A stretch of 64,000 nucleotides of DNA, taken from assembly GCA_964621595.1 (NCBI GenBank), contig CAZUPO010000001.1:14758-78757 (forward strand), given 5' to 3'. Below the pieces are notes generated by a model. It saw only the letters and a program-made list of their open reading frames with translations, was not told where the DNA came from and made no database searches. Each line of letters starts with the position of its first letter. The stretch's first letter is position 1. This document shows positions 19,020 through 27,856 of this stretch, one piece after another. Source of the DNA: an uncultured Candidatus Saccharibacteria bacterium. GTDB lineage: Bacteria > Patescibacteriota > Minisyncoccia > Phycocordibacterales > UBA5272. Position numbers and translations under genes: made by a program.

Positions 19020-20402
19020 ATGCAATCACTTCGTATCTATAATACAAAAACGAGAACTGTAGAAGAATTCAAATCCATTACTCCAGGAGTAGCACTTGTC
19101 TACTCGTGTGGACCAACAGTCTATCATTATGCTCATCTTGGAAATTTGCGTGCCTTTATCTTTGCAGATATCTTACGAAGAACACTAGAGGCGCACAACT
19201 ATAGTGTTAAACATGTGATCAACATAACAGATGTTGGCCACCTTACATCCGACGGTGACACAGGTGAAGACAAACTCGAGAAAGGTGCGAGTCGTGAAGG
19301 AAAGACTGTCTGGGAAGTAGCACAGTATTACGAAAATGAATTTAGAAAAGATCTCACACTATTACAGATCCCCTTAACTGCATACCAATTTCCGCGAGCT
19401 ACCGATTACATACAAGAACAAATTGACCTTATCCGAGTTCTTGAAGAAAAAGGATTCACCTACGACACAAGTGATGGGATATATTTTGATACTGCGAAAT
19501 TCCCTCACTATGGAGAACTGGCTCACCTCGATATCGAAGGATTACGTAGTGGCGCTCGAGTTGAAGAAAATACAGAGAAGAGAAACGTAACCGACTTTGC
19601 ACTTTGGAAATTTTCACCAAAAAATGAAAAGCGGCAGATGGAATGGGATTCTCCATGGGGAATTGGCTTTCCTGGGTGGCATATCGAGTGTTCTGCCATG
19701 TCACAAAAATTACTCGGCAAACATTTTGATATCCATACCGGAGGAATTGATCATATTTCTGTACACCATGAAAACGAAATTGCTCAGAGTGAATCTGCTA
19801 CAGGAGAACCATTTGTAAACTATTGGATGCACGTTAACTTCTTACTAGATACTACTGGTAAAATGTCAAAGTCTTCTGGTGATTTCTTGCGCCTCCAAAC
19901 TCTTACGGATAAGGGCTTGAACCCACTTGCGTATCGTTACTTCACTCTCACTGCCCACTATCGTAAAGAATTAACCTTCTCCTATGAAGCCCTCCAAGCA
20001 TCGAGCGTAGCGTACACGAAGTTGGTACATTTCGTCCTTGCTCATAGAAAGAACGGCGGAGAGATACTCCCAACGTATCTTGATGCGTGCAAGGAAGCAC
20101 TAGCAAATGACCTGAACTCTCCAGAAGCAATCGCCGTGATATGGAAAATGATGAAAGATACTACATTTGAAAAAAGTCACATCTGCGCCACATTGCTTGC
20201 GATAGACTCTATGCTTGGCCTTGGGCTACGAGAACTCCAGGAAGTACACATTCCACATGAAGTGGAACATCTTCTCGTAGAACGAACCACCGCACGTGAG
20301 AAGAAGGATTGGGCAACATCCGATCGAATCCGTGACGAAATACAAGCTAAAGGATTCACCGTACAAGATACTGACGAAGGACAAATCCTTCTCCAAGGAT
20401 AG
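19020..20402 (+). CDS. cysS: Cysteine--tRNA ligase
   Basis: CGPTVYHYAHLGN (HIGH-like motif) and KMSKSSGD. Confidence 0.95.
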   Translation: MQSLRIYNTKTRTVEEFKSITPGVALVYSCGPTVYHYAHLGNLRAFIFADILRRTLEAHNYSVKHVINITDVGHLTSDGDTGEDKLEKGASREGKTVWEVAQYYENEFRKDLTLLQIPLTAYQFPRATDYIQEQIDLIRVLEEKGFTYDTSDGIYFDTAKFPHYGELAHLDIEGLRSGARVEENTEKRNVTDFALWKFSPKNEKRQMEWDSPWGIGFPGWHIECSAMSQKLLGKHFDIHTGGIDHISVHHENEIAQSESATGEPFVNYWMHVNFLLDTTGKMSKSSGDFLRLQTLTDKGLNPLAYRYFTLTAHYRKELTFSYEALQASSVAYTKLVHFVLAHRKNGGEILPTYLDACKEALANDLNSPEAIAVIWKMMKDTTFEKSHICATLLAIDSMLGLGLRELQEVHIPHEVEHLLVERTTAREKKDWATSDRIRDEIQAKGFTVQDTDEGQILLQG

Positions 20403-20531
20403 ACACTCCTCGTGATGTGTGTTCCTTTTCCTTTATAGAATTTACGTTTTTTACTATCCACGCTATCCACGTCTAAAAACATATTTTTTCTTTGCGCAAG
20501 TAAGATTGTTTCCTGTACAATGTGACTCATC

Positions 20532-22004
20532 ATGTTACCACTAGATCAACTAAGTTCTGGACGAGGAGGAAAGAAACGGACCGGCAAAGGACCCTCAGAC
20601 AAACGCTCTTCAGTACTCGAGGATCCACTTCGCGGACCACGCGTTCCCCCACAAGACCTCGAAAGTGAGAAGGCACTTCTTGGATCTCTCTTATTGCAAG
20701 GCGACGCGCTTTTTGAAATTTCTGACATCGTAAATGCAAAGAGTTTTTATGCACGCAAACACCAAGTTATCTATGAAGTACTGGAGGAGTTGGTTAACAA
20801 GAAAGAACCGGTCGACATCCTCACTGTATCTGCACAACTTCGTGCACGAAAAGAGTTTGATCAAATTGGTGGCGCGCCGTACCTCTCTGAACTTCTTGGA
20901 CTTGTTGGATCAGCAGCAAATATAAAATACTACGCTCAGATCGTAAGAAAGAAAGAACTCCTCCGTAAACTAATCGAGGCAAGTTCTTATATCTCAGAAA
21001 TATCATACGAGGAAAGTGAACCCCTTGAATCTATTCTCGAAGAAGCAGAAAAAACTGTATACGAAATAACCACCTCTGGCGGATCATCGGATCGTCTCAT
21101 CGCATTTCAAGAAATGATTGAAGAAACGTGGGAACGTATTGAAAAACTTTCTGAAAACACTGGTGAGTTGCGTGGTGTGCCGAGCGGCTTCAAAGATCTG
21201 GATAACAAACTCTCCGGATTCCAAAAATCAGACCTTATCATTCTCGCAGCACGACCATCCGTTGGTAAGACATCCCTTGCGCTTGATTTTGCTCGCCATG
21301 CTGCTGTGAAATCAAATATCCCCGTAGCCATCTTCTCACTCGAAATGAGTAAAGAGCAGTTGGTGGACAGAATGCTCTCAGCACAGTCTCAAGTCGATGG
21401 CTGGAAACTCCGCACATCACGTCTCTCTCTTGATGAAGAGTTTGCTCGACTTCAGCAAGGTATGCACGACCTCATGAAGGCTCCTATCTTTGTTGATGAC
21501 AAAGCAGCGAACTCAATTCTTAACATGCGCAGTGTGTTGCGACGTCTAAATTCTGATAGACCAATTGGTCTTATTATCGTGGACTACCTCCAACTCATGA
21601 ATACTGCAAAGTCCTATGACAACATGGTAAATCAAGTGACAGAAATTTCTCGGTCTCTTAAAGGACTCGCGAAGGAATTCAATGTACCAGTGATCGCTCT
21701 CTCCCAACTCTCGCGTGCCGTTGAATCTCGTGGTGGTAGACCTCGCCTTTCAGACCTACGTGATTCTGGTTCCATCGAACAAGATGCTGACGTTGTGATG
21801 TTCATTCACCGAGAAGACAAGTACGGAACAAATGATGGTGGTGATAAGAAAAATGTGGTCGAGATACTTATCGAAAAGCATCGTAACGGCCCAACTGGTA
21901 TTGTCGAACTCTACTTCGATGATAAGAAGACTTCATTCCTCTCTGTCGAGAAAAGTGAATTTGGTGACTTCGTCATGCCACAGGTGAATGCTCCTGAGTT
22001 TTAA
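20532..22004 (+). CDS. dnaB: Replicative DNA helicase DnaB (with a short N-terminal basic extension)
   Basis: N-domain, then Walker A ARPSVGKTSLALDFA, RecA-like core and SQLSRAVE. Confidence 0.9.
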   Translation: MLPLDQLSSGRGGKKRTGKGPSDKRSSVLEDPLRGPRVPPQDLESEKALLGSLLLQGDALFEISDIVNAKSFYARKHQVIYEVLEELVNKKEPVDILTVSAQLRARKEFDQIGGAPYLSELLGLVGSAANIKYYAQIVRKKELLRKLIEASSYISEISYEESEPLESILEEAEKTVYEITTSGGSSDRLIAFQEMIEETWERIEKLSENTGELRGVPSGFKDLDNKLSGFQKSDLIILAARPSVGKTSLALDFARHAAVKSNIPVAIFSLEMSKEQLVDRMLSAQSQVDGWKLRTSRLSLDEEFARLQQGMHDLMKAPIFVDDKAANSILNMRSVLRRLNSDRPIGLIIVDYLQLMNTAKSYDNMVNQVTEISRSLKGLAKEFNVPVIALSQLSRAVESRGGRPRLSDLRDSGSIEQDADVVMFIHREDKYGTNDGGDKKNVVEILIEKHRNGPTGIVELYFDDKKTSFLSVEKSEFGDFVMPQVNAPEF

Positions 22005-22009
22005 CAAAT

Positions 22010-22047
22010 AAAAACTAAAAGGCCGGGTCGCTGTCGCGACCCGGCCC
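22010..22047 (-). terminator. Intrinsic terminator oriented for the minus-strand GC-rich genes E1/E2
   Basis: GGCCGGGTCGC…GCGACCCGGCC stem with a T-run on the minus strand. Confidence 0.6.
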
Positions 22048-22064
22048 TGCCTCGTGCCCGAGAC

Positions 22065-22253
22065 CTACTTCTTCTTCAGTCTCCGATTGCGAGGTACCAC
22101 TTCCACTTTGCGGCTGCTACGCACATCCGGCGGGCACTCGCGATGGATCCTCTGGAGTGCCGCCAGGTGGCGCGGCCCAACCACGAGGCGCGCACCCTCC
22201 GCCATCTCCTCCATGTGCCTGGCGGCATCGTTCTCGGGGTTACGCGTTGCCAT
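22065..22253 (-). CDS. Small hypothetical protein E2 (62 aa), GC-rich, overlapping the E1 stop
   Basis: Start lies 11 nt upstream of the E1 stop (possible translational coupling); stop at 22065, just before the terminator. Confidence 0.35.
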   Translation of the reverse strand: MATRNPENDAARHMEEMAEGARLVVGPRHLAALQRIHRECPPDVRSSRKVEVVPRNRRLKKK

Positions 22254-22767
22254 GACGACCCCGCCTTCTGGACTTCATCACCCCCTTCGGCCTCACGCGG
22301 GTCTTGCGACGCTTCGTGGGCTTGAGACCCTCCTTGCTCTTCATGACGCCGTTGATCAGGCGCTTCAACTTCCGGAGGCAGATCTTCTCCTCGTCCGAGA
22401 GGTTGGACGGGTAGGGCAAGATGGGCTTGCTCGCAATGAGGTTGCGCACGAGGCCACGCTGCATTTCCCGCGAGTGAGCCATCACCTTCAACCAGATCTC
22501 GCGCGCAAGTTCCCACGAAAGACCCAGACGTTCGAAGATGCTCTCCATCGCCAAACCTTGAGCGACTTCGCCTTCCGGGTCGAAAACGCTCAGGCGGTGA
22601 ACCCACCTCCTGTAGCCGACACCCTGTGTCGACCGAGAGCGTTCGCGCAAGAGGATCGCGAGCATGATGTCGATCACCTTGGTGCGTTCGCGGTACGGCC
22701 TGAACAACGGCTCCATCATGCGCTCCTGTGAGAGCCTGGCGCGTTCCTTGATACTTTCCGTAGTCAT
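22240..22767 (-). CDS. Hypothetical protein E1 with a Lys/Arg-rich C-terminal tail, GC-rich cassette E
   Basis: GGGAGG RBS 5 nt before ATG at 22767; high GC; the three frames all carry long spurious ORFs, so gene-level confidence is moderate. Confidence 0.45.
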   Translation of the reverse strand: MTTESIKERARLSQERMMEPLFRPYRERTKVIDIMLAILLRERSRSTQGVGYRRWVHRLSVFDPEGEVAQGLAMESIFERLGLSWELAREIWLKVMAHSREMQRGLVRNLIASKPILPYPSNLSDEEKICLRKLKRLINGVMKSKEGLKPTKRRKTRVRPKGVMKSRRRGRHGNA

Positions 22768-22926
22768 CTGTCCTCCCGGACGATTATAATGCGTTGTTGG
22801 GTTTGTGCTGCTTCCACGCAGTACTCTATCAAAAAATACCCACTTTGTTAAACGCACACTCTCCAAGAGGTAAACCCATGCGACCTTATCATGCATCTGC
22901 TATACTTTAGAAACTTACAATTTTCC

Positions 22927-23556
22927 ATGAATCCAACAGACAAACTAACAGAACTGTTCATGCGATTTCCGGGCATCGGTCCAAAGCAAGCACGTCGTTT
23001 TGTATATTTTCTCTTGCGTGAACATTTTCATTTCAAAGAAGAACTAATAAAGACACTTACGGATTTAAAATTCACCGGGAAACAGTGTGGAAAGTGTTAC
23101 CGATACTTTGGAGATGCTCGCCAGGATGAGACAACTAAAATCTGCTCACTTTGCACAAGCACATCTCGAGATACAAAGACTCTCATGATCGTCGAAAAAG
23201 AACTCGACATGGATGCTGTTGAAAAAACAGGTTCATACAATGGTTTGTATTTTATCTTGGGTGGTCTGGTCCCTCCCCTTGCAGAAAAACCAACGGACCT
23301 TATTCGTATCAAAGAATTAACTTCGCGAATTTATAATGATGTGAATGCAAACGAATTGAGCGAGATTATTTTTGCCCTCCCAGTAACTGATTACGGTGAT
23401 ACTACGAAAGAGTATGTTGAGAAAACAATAAAACAAATAGTGGGTATCGATCAGGTCAAACTTACAGCACTTGCTCGTGGCCTCTCATCTGGGCTCGAAT
23501 TAGAATACGTCGATAAAAATACATTCAAGAGCGCGCTCGATCATCGTTTGCAATAA
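22927..23556 (+). CDS. recR: Recombination protein RecR
   Basis: HhH motif FPGIGPKQARR, C4 zinc finger (C..C…C..C) and Toprim domain; start taken at MNPTDKL. Confidence 0.9.
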   Translation: MNPTDKLTELFMRFPGIGPKQARRFVYFLLREHFHFKEELIKTLTDLKFTGKQCGKCYRYFGDARQDETTKICSLCTSTSRDTKTLMIVEKELDMDAVEKTGSYNGLYFILGGLVPPLAEKPTDLIRIKELTSRIYNDVNANELSEIIFALPVTDYGDTTKEYVEKTIKQIVGIDQVKLTALARGLSSGLELEYVDKNTFKSALDHRLQ

Positions 23557-23575
23557 AAAAAGCCAGCGAACTGGC

Positions 23576-23940
23576 ATCTGGAGAACCACGAGACGAGGGA
23601 CCTGCGCACGTAACGCAGTGCATAGACTTCGCAAAGGAATCGACCTGACGGACAACTCTCGTGAAGCCGATCCCTACGCCTTAATCTCGTGGCCTCCAGA
23701 CAAATATAAGTATATACCACCAGAAAACGAAAACCCCCTCACATGAGGCATGTACAATGGGGGCGCAGGCCGGGGATGGACGACGAGGTTAAGGAGAACC
23801 CTTTCACACAGGAGACGGGCGCCTCCGCAAAGGCCCTAGGTAGGATGCCGCGGGCAGGGATGTGCCTTCGGCAATCCCTCCTGTCACCTCGTCGTCCTCC
23901 CGGCAATACCTATAGTATCACAAACTTCTATAACCAGAAA
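23576..23940. ncRNA. GC-rich ORF-free structured region between recR and rplU; candidate ncRNA(s), strand and class unresolved
   Basis: No RBS-led ORF. Terminator hairpin at the low-coordinate end (23555-23575, T-run on the minus strand) and a bidirectional terminator at 23944-23975. 12-bp long-range stem GGACGACGAGGT / ACCTCGTCGTCC (23790-23907). An AT-rich promoter-like patch at 23697-23730 may split it into two RNAs. Confidence 0.25.
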
Positions 23941-23943
23941 AAC

Positions 23944-23975
23944 AAAAACGACCCCTGGGGTCGTTTTTGTTTTTC
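23944..23975. terminator. Bidirectional intrinsic terminator (A-run, AACGACC…GGTCGTT, T-run)
   Basis: Symmetric A and T tracts flank a GC stem; lies downstream of rplU (-) and of the GC-rich region (+). Confidence 0.7.
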
Positions 23976-23988
23976 TTACAAATCGAGA

Positions 23989-24306
23989 TTACTTAATTGC
24001 GTCTACGGTAACCTTCATGAATGGCTGACGATGACCATTTCGCTTGTGGTATCGTGACTTCTGACGATAGCGTACCACCATCACCTTCTTATGCTTACCG
24101 ATTTCACTAATAGTTGCAGAAACGGTTGAACCTTTGATAAATGGTGCGCCGAGATCTGTGGTCTTTCCATCATCTGTAAGGACAACAGTATCAAATGTTA
24201 CCTTGTCTCCAACCTTGAGATCATCAGACAACTTCTCAATTGTTACAGTGTCCCCTTTGGAGACCTTGTACTGCTTTCCACCTGTTTGAATAACTGCGAA
24301 TGACAT
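23989..24306 (-). CDS. rplU: 50S ribosomal protein L21
   Basis: MSFAVIQTGGKQYKVSKGD…KVMVVRYRQKSRYHKRNGHRQPF is typical L21. Confidence 0.9.
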   Translation of the reverse strand: MSFAVIQTGGKQYKVSKGDTVTIEKLSDDLKVGDKVTFDTVVLTDDGKTTDLGAPFIKGSTVSATISEIGKHKKVMVVRYRQKSRYHKRNGHRQPFMKVTVDAIK

Positions 24307-24364
24307 AGTGATGGGTATTATACATTAATTTACTTATATTTGCAAGTGGTACGATTAAAAAGAT

Positions 24365-24393
24365 TTGACTCTATACTGTATATATTGTATAAT
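24365..24393 (+). promoter_or_regulatory. Consensus sigma70 promoter TTGACT-17-TATAAT for cassette F
   Basis: Perfect spacing and -10; RBS GAAAGGA before ATG at 24442. Confidence 0.6.
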
Positions 24394-24441
24394 GATATAT
24401 AACGCAGTTCCACGCAAAAAACCATAGAAAGGACCCACCCG

Positions 24442-24756
24442 ATGTTCACGCACTCCTCGTTTTTGCTTTCTCTGCTGTGCGTCTTGGCATGGCTCACCCT
24501 GGGACTCCTGAGTGTCCTGGTGCACTTCCAAGATTTGCACTTCCGCGAGGAGGTGCTCGATGACCTCGACGGAAGCAACGGCCCGGTGGCGTTCGTATCC
24601 GGGTGGATAGCGGGCGTGATCTACGTCTGCATCATCGGCGGGTTTTATGCCATTGCCCACATCGTGGAGAAGATCAAAGCCGGTCTCCAGGCAATCAAGG
24701 AGACCCTGCAACTCTACTACGAGTTGCTCTTCCCTGACGACGATGCCGAGGCCTGA
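24442..24756 (+). CDS. Small hypothetical membrane protein (2 TM), GC-rich cassette F
   Basis: Two hydrophobic helices and an acidic C-terminus; high GC. Confidence 0.45.
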   Translation: MFTHSSFLLSLLCVLAWLTLGLLSVLVHFQDLHFREEVLDDLDGSNGPVAFVSGWIAGVIYVCIIGGFYAIAHIVEKIKAGLQAIKETLQLYYELLFPDDDAEA

Positions 24757-24787
24757 CCAGCGTCATTAGCCCCCAACCCGTTCGCTT

Positions 24788-24816
24788 CAAACCCCCGCCC
24801 GTGCGGGGGTTGTTTC
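24788..24816 (+). terminator. Intrinsic terminator (CCCCCGC…GCGGGGG followed by a T-run)
   Basis: AAA, then a 7-bp GC stem, then TTGTTTC. Confidence 0.7.
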
Positions 24817-24833
24817 ATTCTAGAGAAACATTT

Positions 24834-25877
24834 TTATTCTTCCTCAAAATTTGGTTTATCAAGGAGTGATGGTGTGACACCGTGCTCTTCTCCGGTAATA
24901 CGAAGCACGTCTTTATCAATCTTTTTTAATTCTTTGTATGCGGTATTGTAATGATTCACTGTTGTACCGAGCGTAAGGCCGAGTTTCTTCATGTATTCTT
25001 CATACACAGCGATATGTCGACCGAGTTCCCCTACGCGCTTTTCTATATGTTTTGCACTTTCTTCAATTTGAAATGCTTTGAATCCAAAGAGTACTGATTG
25101 CAGATATGCGTAGAATGTCGTCGGAGAAACAATCACAACCTTTTTCTTATGATATGCGTACTCAATCAAATTCTGTGTATTGATGGCACCGGCCGCAACT
25201 TTATTAACCAAAAGATCGTAGTAAATGCCTTCGGCTGGTATGAACATAAATGCAAACGGTAGCGTCCCCTCATCTGGGCGAATATATTTCGCCGTCTCAT
25301 CGATGCGCTCTTTTATGTCTTTCTTAAACTCTGTTTGATAGTATGCCTCGTCTTCCTCGTCGACGGCATTCATGAGACGATGATAGTTATCGAGTGAATA
25401 CTTTGCGTCGATCGGAATGATGCCATCTTTGGTACGGATGATTGCGTCTACCACCTCACTGTTGTCGAATCGATACTGCATCTCATACTGACCTGGGGCG
25501 AGCATGTTGGAGAGAATGAGCTCAAGAGACGCTTCTCCTAAATTTCCACGTTGCTTTTGATGAGTAAGTACTTTCTCCAAATTTTGTAATTGCTCTGTCA
25601 TGGAAAACACTTGTTTGTTCCCCTCTTTGACTTCAGTTAATTCTCGTGTGATTTCGGTGATCAGCCTCTTCGCTTCCGAGTCCTGTCGATGAAGCACTTG
25701 GTGCAATTCTGATTGTGATCGCTCCAATTTATGCTCGACTGCATTACGCAACTTTTCCAACTGATCCTGAAGAATGAGTAACCCTTGATCAGAATTTTCC
25801 TCTTTTGGTTTCTTAAAAATAATAACAAGGAGTAAGACAATGACAACCCCACTTAGAATATAAAAAGATACTTCCAT
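24834..25877 (-). CDS. rmuC: DNA recombination protein RmuC
   Basis: N-terminal TM plus coiled coil, C-terminal RmuC nuclease-like domain; start taken at MEVSFYIL. Confidence 0.8.
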   Translation of the reverse strand: MEVSFYILSGVVIVLLLVIIFKKPKEENSDQGLLILQDQLEKLRNAVEHKLERSQSELHQVLHRQDSEAKRLITEITRELTEVKEGNKQVFSMTEQLQNLEKVLTHQKQRGNLGEASLELILSNMLAPGQYEMQYRFDNSEVVDAIIRTKDGIIPIDAKYSLDNYHRLMNAVDEEDEAYYQTEFKKDIKERIDETAKYIRPDEGTLPFAFMFIPAEGIYYDLLVNKVAAGAINTQNLIEYAYHKKKVVIVSPTTFYAYLQSVLFGFKAFQIEESAKHIEKRVGELGRHIAVYEEYMKKLGLTLGTTVNHYNTAYKELKKIDKDVLRITGEEHGVTPSLLDKPNFEEE

Positions 25878-25898
25878 ATGTAGTAATGGTACCACACC

Positions 25899-25927
25899 TT
25901 AGATAAAATATTTCTATGTGGTATAAT
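25899..25927 (+). promoter_or_regulatory. sigma70-like promoter TTAGAT-17-TGgTATAAT (extended -10) driving the ORF-free GC-rich region
   Basis: Read directly; followed by the ORF-free GC-rich region. Confidence 0.5.
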
Positions 25928-25933
25928 CCCCTG

Positions 25934-26255
25934 ATCATTCTCGTAACTCCCTCCACCGTAACGGTTGGGCATAGCGGGGATGACACCGGGGGTCTGTGGT
26001 CGCGCGTTGTGCAACCGTGCGTTCACACGTAGATGCCCGGGTTCCGCCGGTTACACGAATGTAACACTATAAGTCTCAGCTAGATTAGGGTCGCAAGAAT
26101 CCAAAAGACAGCCCAATCAACCCTGATGCATTCGCCGTAGCCGGTTTACTCGATGCCCCTTCCAGAGGGGTAATGACCCTTAACCAGGGTCGGTCAACAT
26201 GACCATCGCTGTACCCGCCCGGGCCACCATCGTGTGTGCCCGGGCAAACTCTTTA
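25934..26255 (+). ncRNA. Candidate structured ncRNA (~320 nt, GC-rich, no ORF), class unassigned
   Basis: Promoter just upstream; many GC hairpins (the GCCCGGGC palindrome twice, CCCCT…AGGGG); ends before the yqeY promoter. tmRNA and RNase P signatures were looked for by eye but not confirmed. Confidence 0.3.
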
Positions 26256-26276
26256 TGTGGTATACTTATGTACACT

Positions 26277-26720
26277 ATGCAAGAAAAAATTAAATCAGCT
26301 ATCAAACCAGCAATGCTCGCGAAGGATACAGTGCGTCTGGGCACTCTTCGTATGCTCGTTGCTGCTTTTACAAATGAACTTGTCTCTCAAGGACACCCTC
26401 CTACAGACCCTCTTTCTGACGAAGATTGCATGAAAGTGATCAAGCGTCTCGCAAAGCAGCGCAAGGACTCTATCGACCAATTCATCGCTGGTGGACGACC
26501 AGAACTTGCAGAAGATGAAAAAGCAGAACTTGCTATCATCGAAGAATTTCTCCCGCAACAGATGAGTGAAGCAGAAATCGAAGCAAAGATAAAAGAAAAG
26601 ATTGCCGCGTCTCCTGTAGACCCAACCAAGAAAGGCCAGTTTGTCGGCATGATGATCAAGGAACTTGGCGACAGTGCTGACGGTGCTGTGGTGAAGAGGA
26701 TAATAGACTCTCTTGTCTAA
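26277..26720 (+). CDS. yqeY: GatB/YqeY domain-containing protein
   Basis: MQEKIKSAIKPAMLAKD…VRLGTLRML…AKQRKDSIDQF is typical YqeY; start taken at MQEK (GC drops here). Confidence 0.8.
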   Translation: MQEKIKSAIKPAMLAKDTVRLGTLRMLVAAFTNELVSQGHPPTDPLSDEDCMKVIKRLAKQRKDSIDQFIAGGRPELAEDEKAELAIIEEFLPQQMSEAEIEAKIKEKIAASPVDPTKKGQFVGMMIKELGDSADGAVVKRIIDSLV

Positions 26721-26729
26721 AGAACTACC

Positions 26730-27038
26730 ATGCCACAACAACTTGGATTTCAATTCGACGGTGAAAGAATTCCTCCTAACCCCTCCTCTTTGGTAACAGA
26801 GAGTCCAGAGAATATGCAGCGTATTAAAGACCTGGAAACTCTCCGGAAAATAGAATCTAAAGAAGTAACTAGTTTTTTTGAAATACAGTCTTTTTTTGTG
26901 AGGATTCTTGGTGATTCTATAATTAGTAAAGAAAAAGACCCTTATACGGGAGAGCCTGATAACGGAATCAATCTAAATGAATCAATAGCAGCAGCACGAG
27001 AAGTATTAACCAAAGGAGAAACCCCTACTCATCACTAA
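26730..27038 (+). CDS. Hypothetical protein
   Basis: AT-rich ORF starting 10 nt after yqeY. Confidence 0.4.
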   Translation: MPQQLGFQFDGERIPPNPSSLVTESPENMQRIKDLETLRKIESKEVTSFFEIQSFFVRILGDSIISKEKDPYTGEPDNGINLNESIAAAREVLTKGETPTHH

Positions 27039-27089
27039 AGTTCTTGCAGACACTCGTAGTATTTTAAATAGGTGGAAAAACTAGGTGTA

Positions 27090-27118
27090 TTGACTTAGTA
27101 AGTTTTTTATTTTATTAT
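27090..27118 (+). promoter_or_regulatory. sigma70-like promoter TTGACT-17-TATTAT for the G operon
   Basis: Read directly; RBS GAGGAG before ATG at 27167. Confidence 0.55.
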
Positions 27119-27166
27119 TAAGGTCGGAAAGTTCCCACCACCCCGCAACCAGAGTGAGGAGACCCC

Positions 27167-27517
27167 ATGGGGAAACGTCAGTACAGCCATGAGGACGCCC
27201 TCCTCGCGGTGCGTTTCGCAGTGTGGTACGCAGCCGCACGCGAGAGTTGGAAAAAAGGTGAACCTCACCCGATCCGGCTCACCCGCAAGTTCGCAGAGGA
27301 TAAGGATATTCTGGCCCGACATATGGGTCATGATTCCTACCGAGCGATGCCTGCCGATACGAAAAGTTTGATCGGTATGGCTGCTGCCAAGATGAAGAAG
27401 CAAAAGAAGGAGTTGAGAGATGGCGCCCGTAATGATCTCGACCCCTTCGAACTCGTCCTTCGCGACGTCATCGCTGACCTCACGAAGGGCGAGCAGATCA
27501 ACGCCGTACCGAAATAA
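27167..27517 (+). CDS. Hypothetical protein G1 (116 aa), GC-rich
   Basis: High GC; operon with G2 (11-nt gap, RBS GGAGACCC). Confidence 0.45.
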   Translation: MGKRQYSHEDALLAVRFAVWYAAARESWKKGEPHPIRLTRKFAEDKDILARHMGHDSYRAMPADTKSLIGMAAAKMKKQKKELRDGARNDLDPFELVLRDVIADLTKGEQINAVPK

Positions 27518-27528
27518 GGAGACCCATC

Positions 27529-27774
27529 ATGTCGGACCCCGACACTTTGAAGGAAATCGAGACGACACTTGCGGGGGTGATCAACCCCAACACGGTCGTT
27601 GCGATCATGAGCGAATTCCTCGGCATCACCAAGGAACAGCTCGAGAAGAATCACGACGGCTCGACCCCGTGGGTGCGCCAAGAAGTGCTGAAGGTCGCAT
27701 CCAAGAAGAACTCCGCTGATCGAACGCACATGCTGGCGAAAATCCAGCAGATCATCGCAGAGAACTCGCGATGA
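27529..27774 (+). CDS. Hypothetical protein G2 (81 aa), GC-rich
   Basis: Immediately downstream of G1; followed by a strong terminator. Confidence 0.45.
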   Translation: MSDPDTLKEIETTLAGVINPNTVVAIMSEFLGITKEQLEKNHDGSTPWVRQEVLKVASKKNSADRTHMLAKIQQIIAENSR

Positions 27775-27792
27775 GGCACGAACCGGCGGAAA

Positions 27793-27826
27793 GAAGCCCG
27801 CCCCGGAACAACGGGGGCGGGCTTCA
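27793..27826 (+). terminator. Intrinsic terminator (AGCCCGCCCC…GGGGGCGGGCT)
   Basis: 10-bp GC stem and a weak T tract. Confidence 0.6.
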
Positions 27827-27856
27827 ATACTTTATATACCACGAACCCTTTTTTAA

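Noticed and set aside
22076-22606. 176-aa Arg/Gly-rich ORF in an alternative frame of the E1 region
   Set aside because: High GC content generates long open frames in all three frames. This one lacks an RBS and has low-complexity composition. E1, with its GGGAGG RBS, is the better model.
23743-24057. 104-aa ORF running through the GC-rich block, the bidirectional terminator and into rplU antisense
   Set aside because: It crosses a strong terminator and overlaps rplU on the opposite strand. It has no RBS and is most likely spurious.
16745-24306. rplU and rpmA not adjacent (normally the rplU-rpmA operon)
   Set aside because: It is unusual but is a gene-order observation only. Both genes look intact and independently expressed, so it was not scored as a finding.
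24820-24825. TCTAGA (XbaI) site right after the cassette F terminator, considered as a cloning scar
   Set aside because: A single 6-bp site is expected by chance many times in 64 kb. It is not evidence of engineering on its own.
25934-26255. Attempted assignment as RNase P RNA
   Set aside because: P4-like strings are only ~100 nt apart and the order or spacing does not fit type A or B RNase P. No GGUAAGGGUGAAA-type J11/12 motif on the plus strand.
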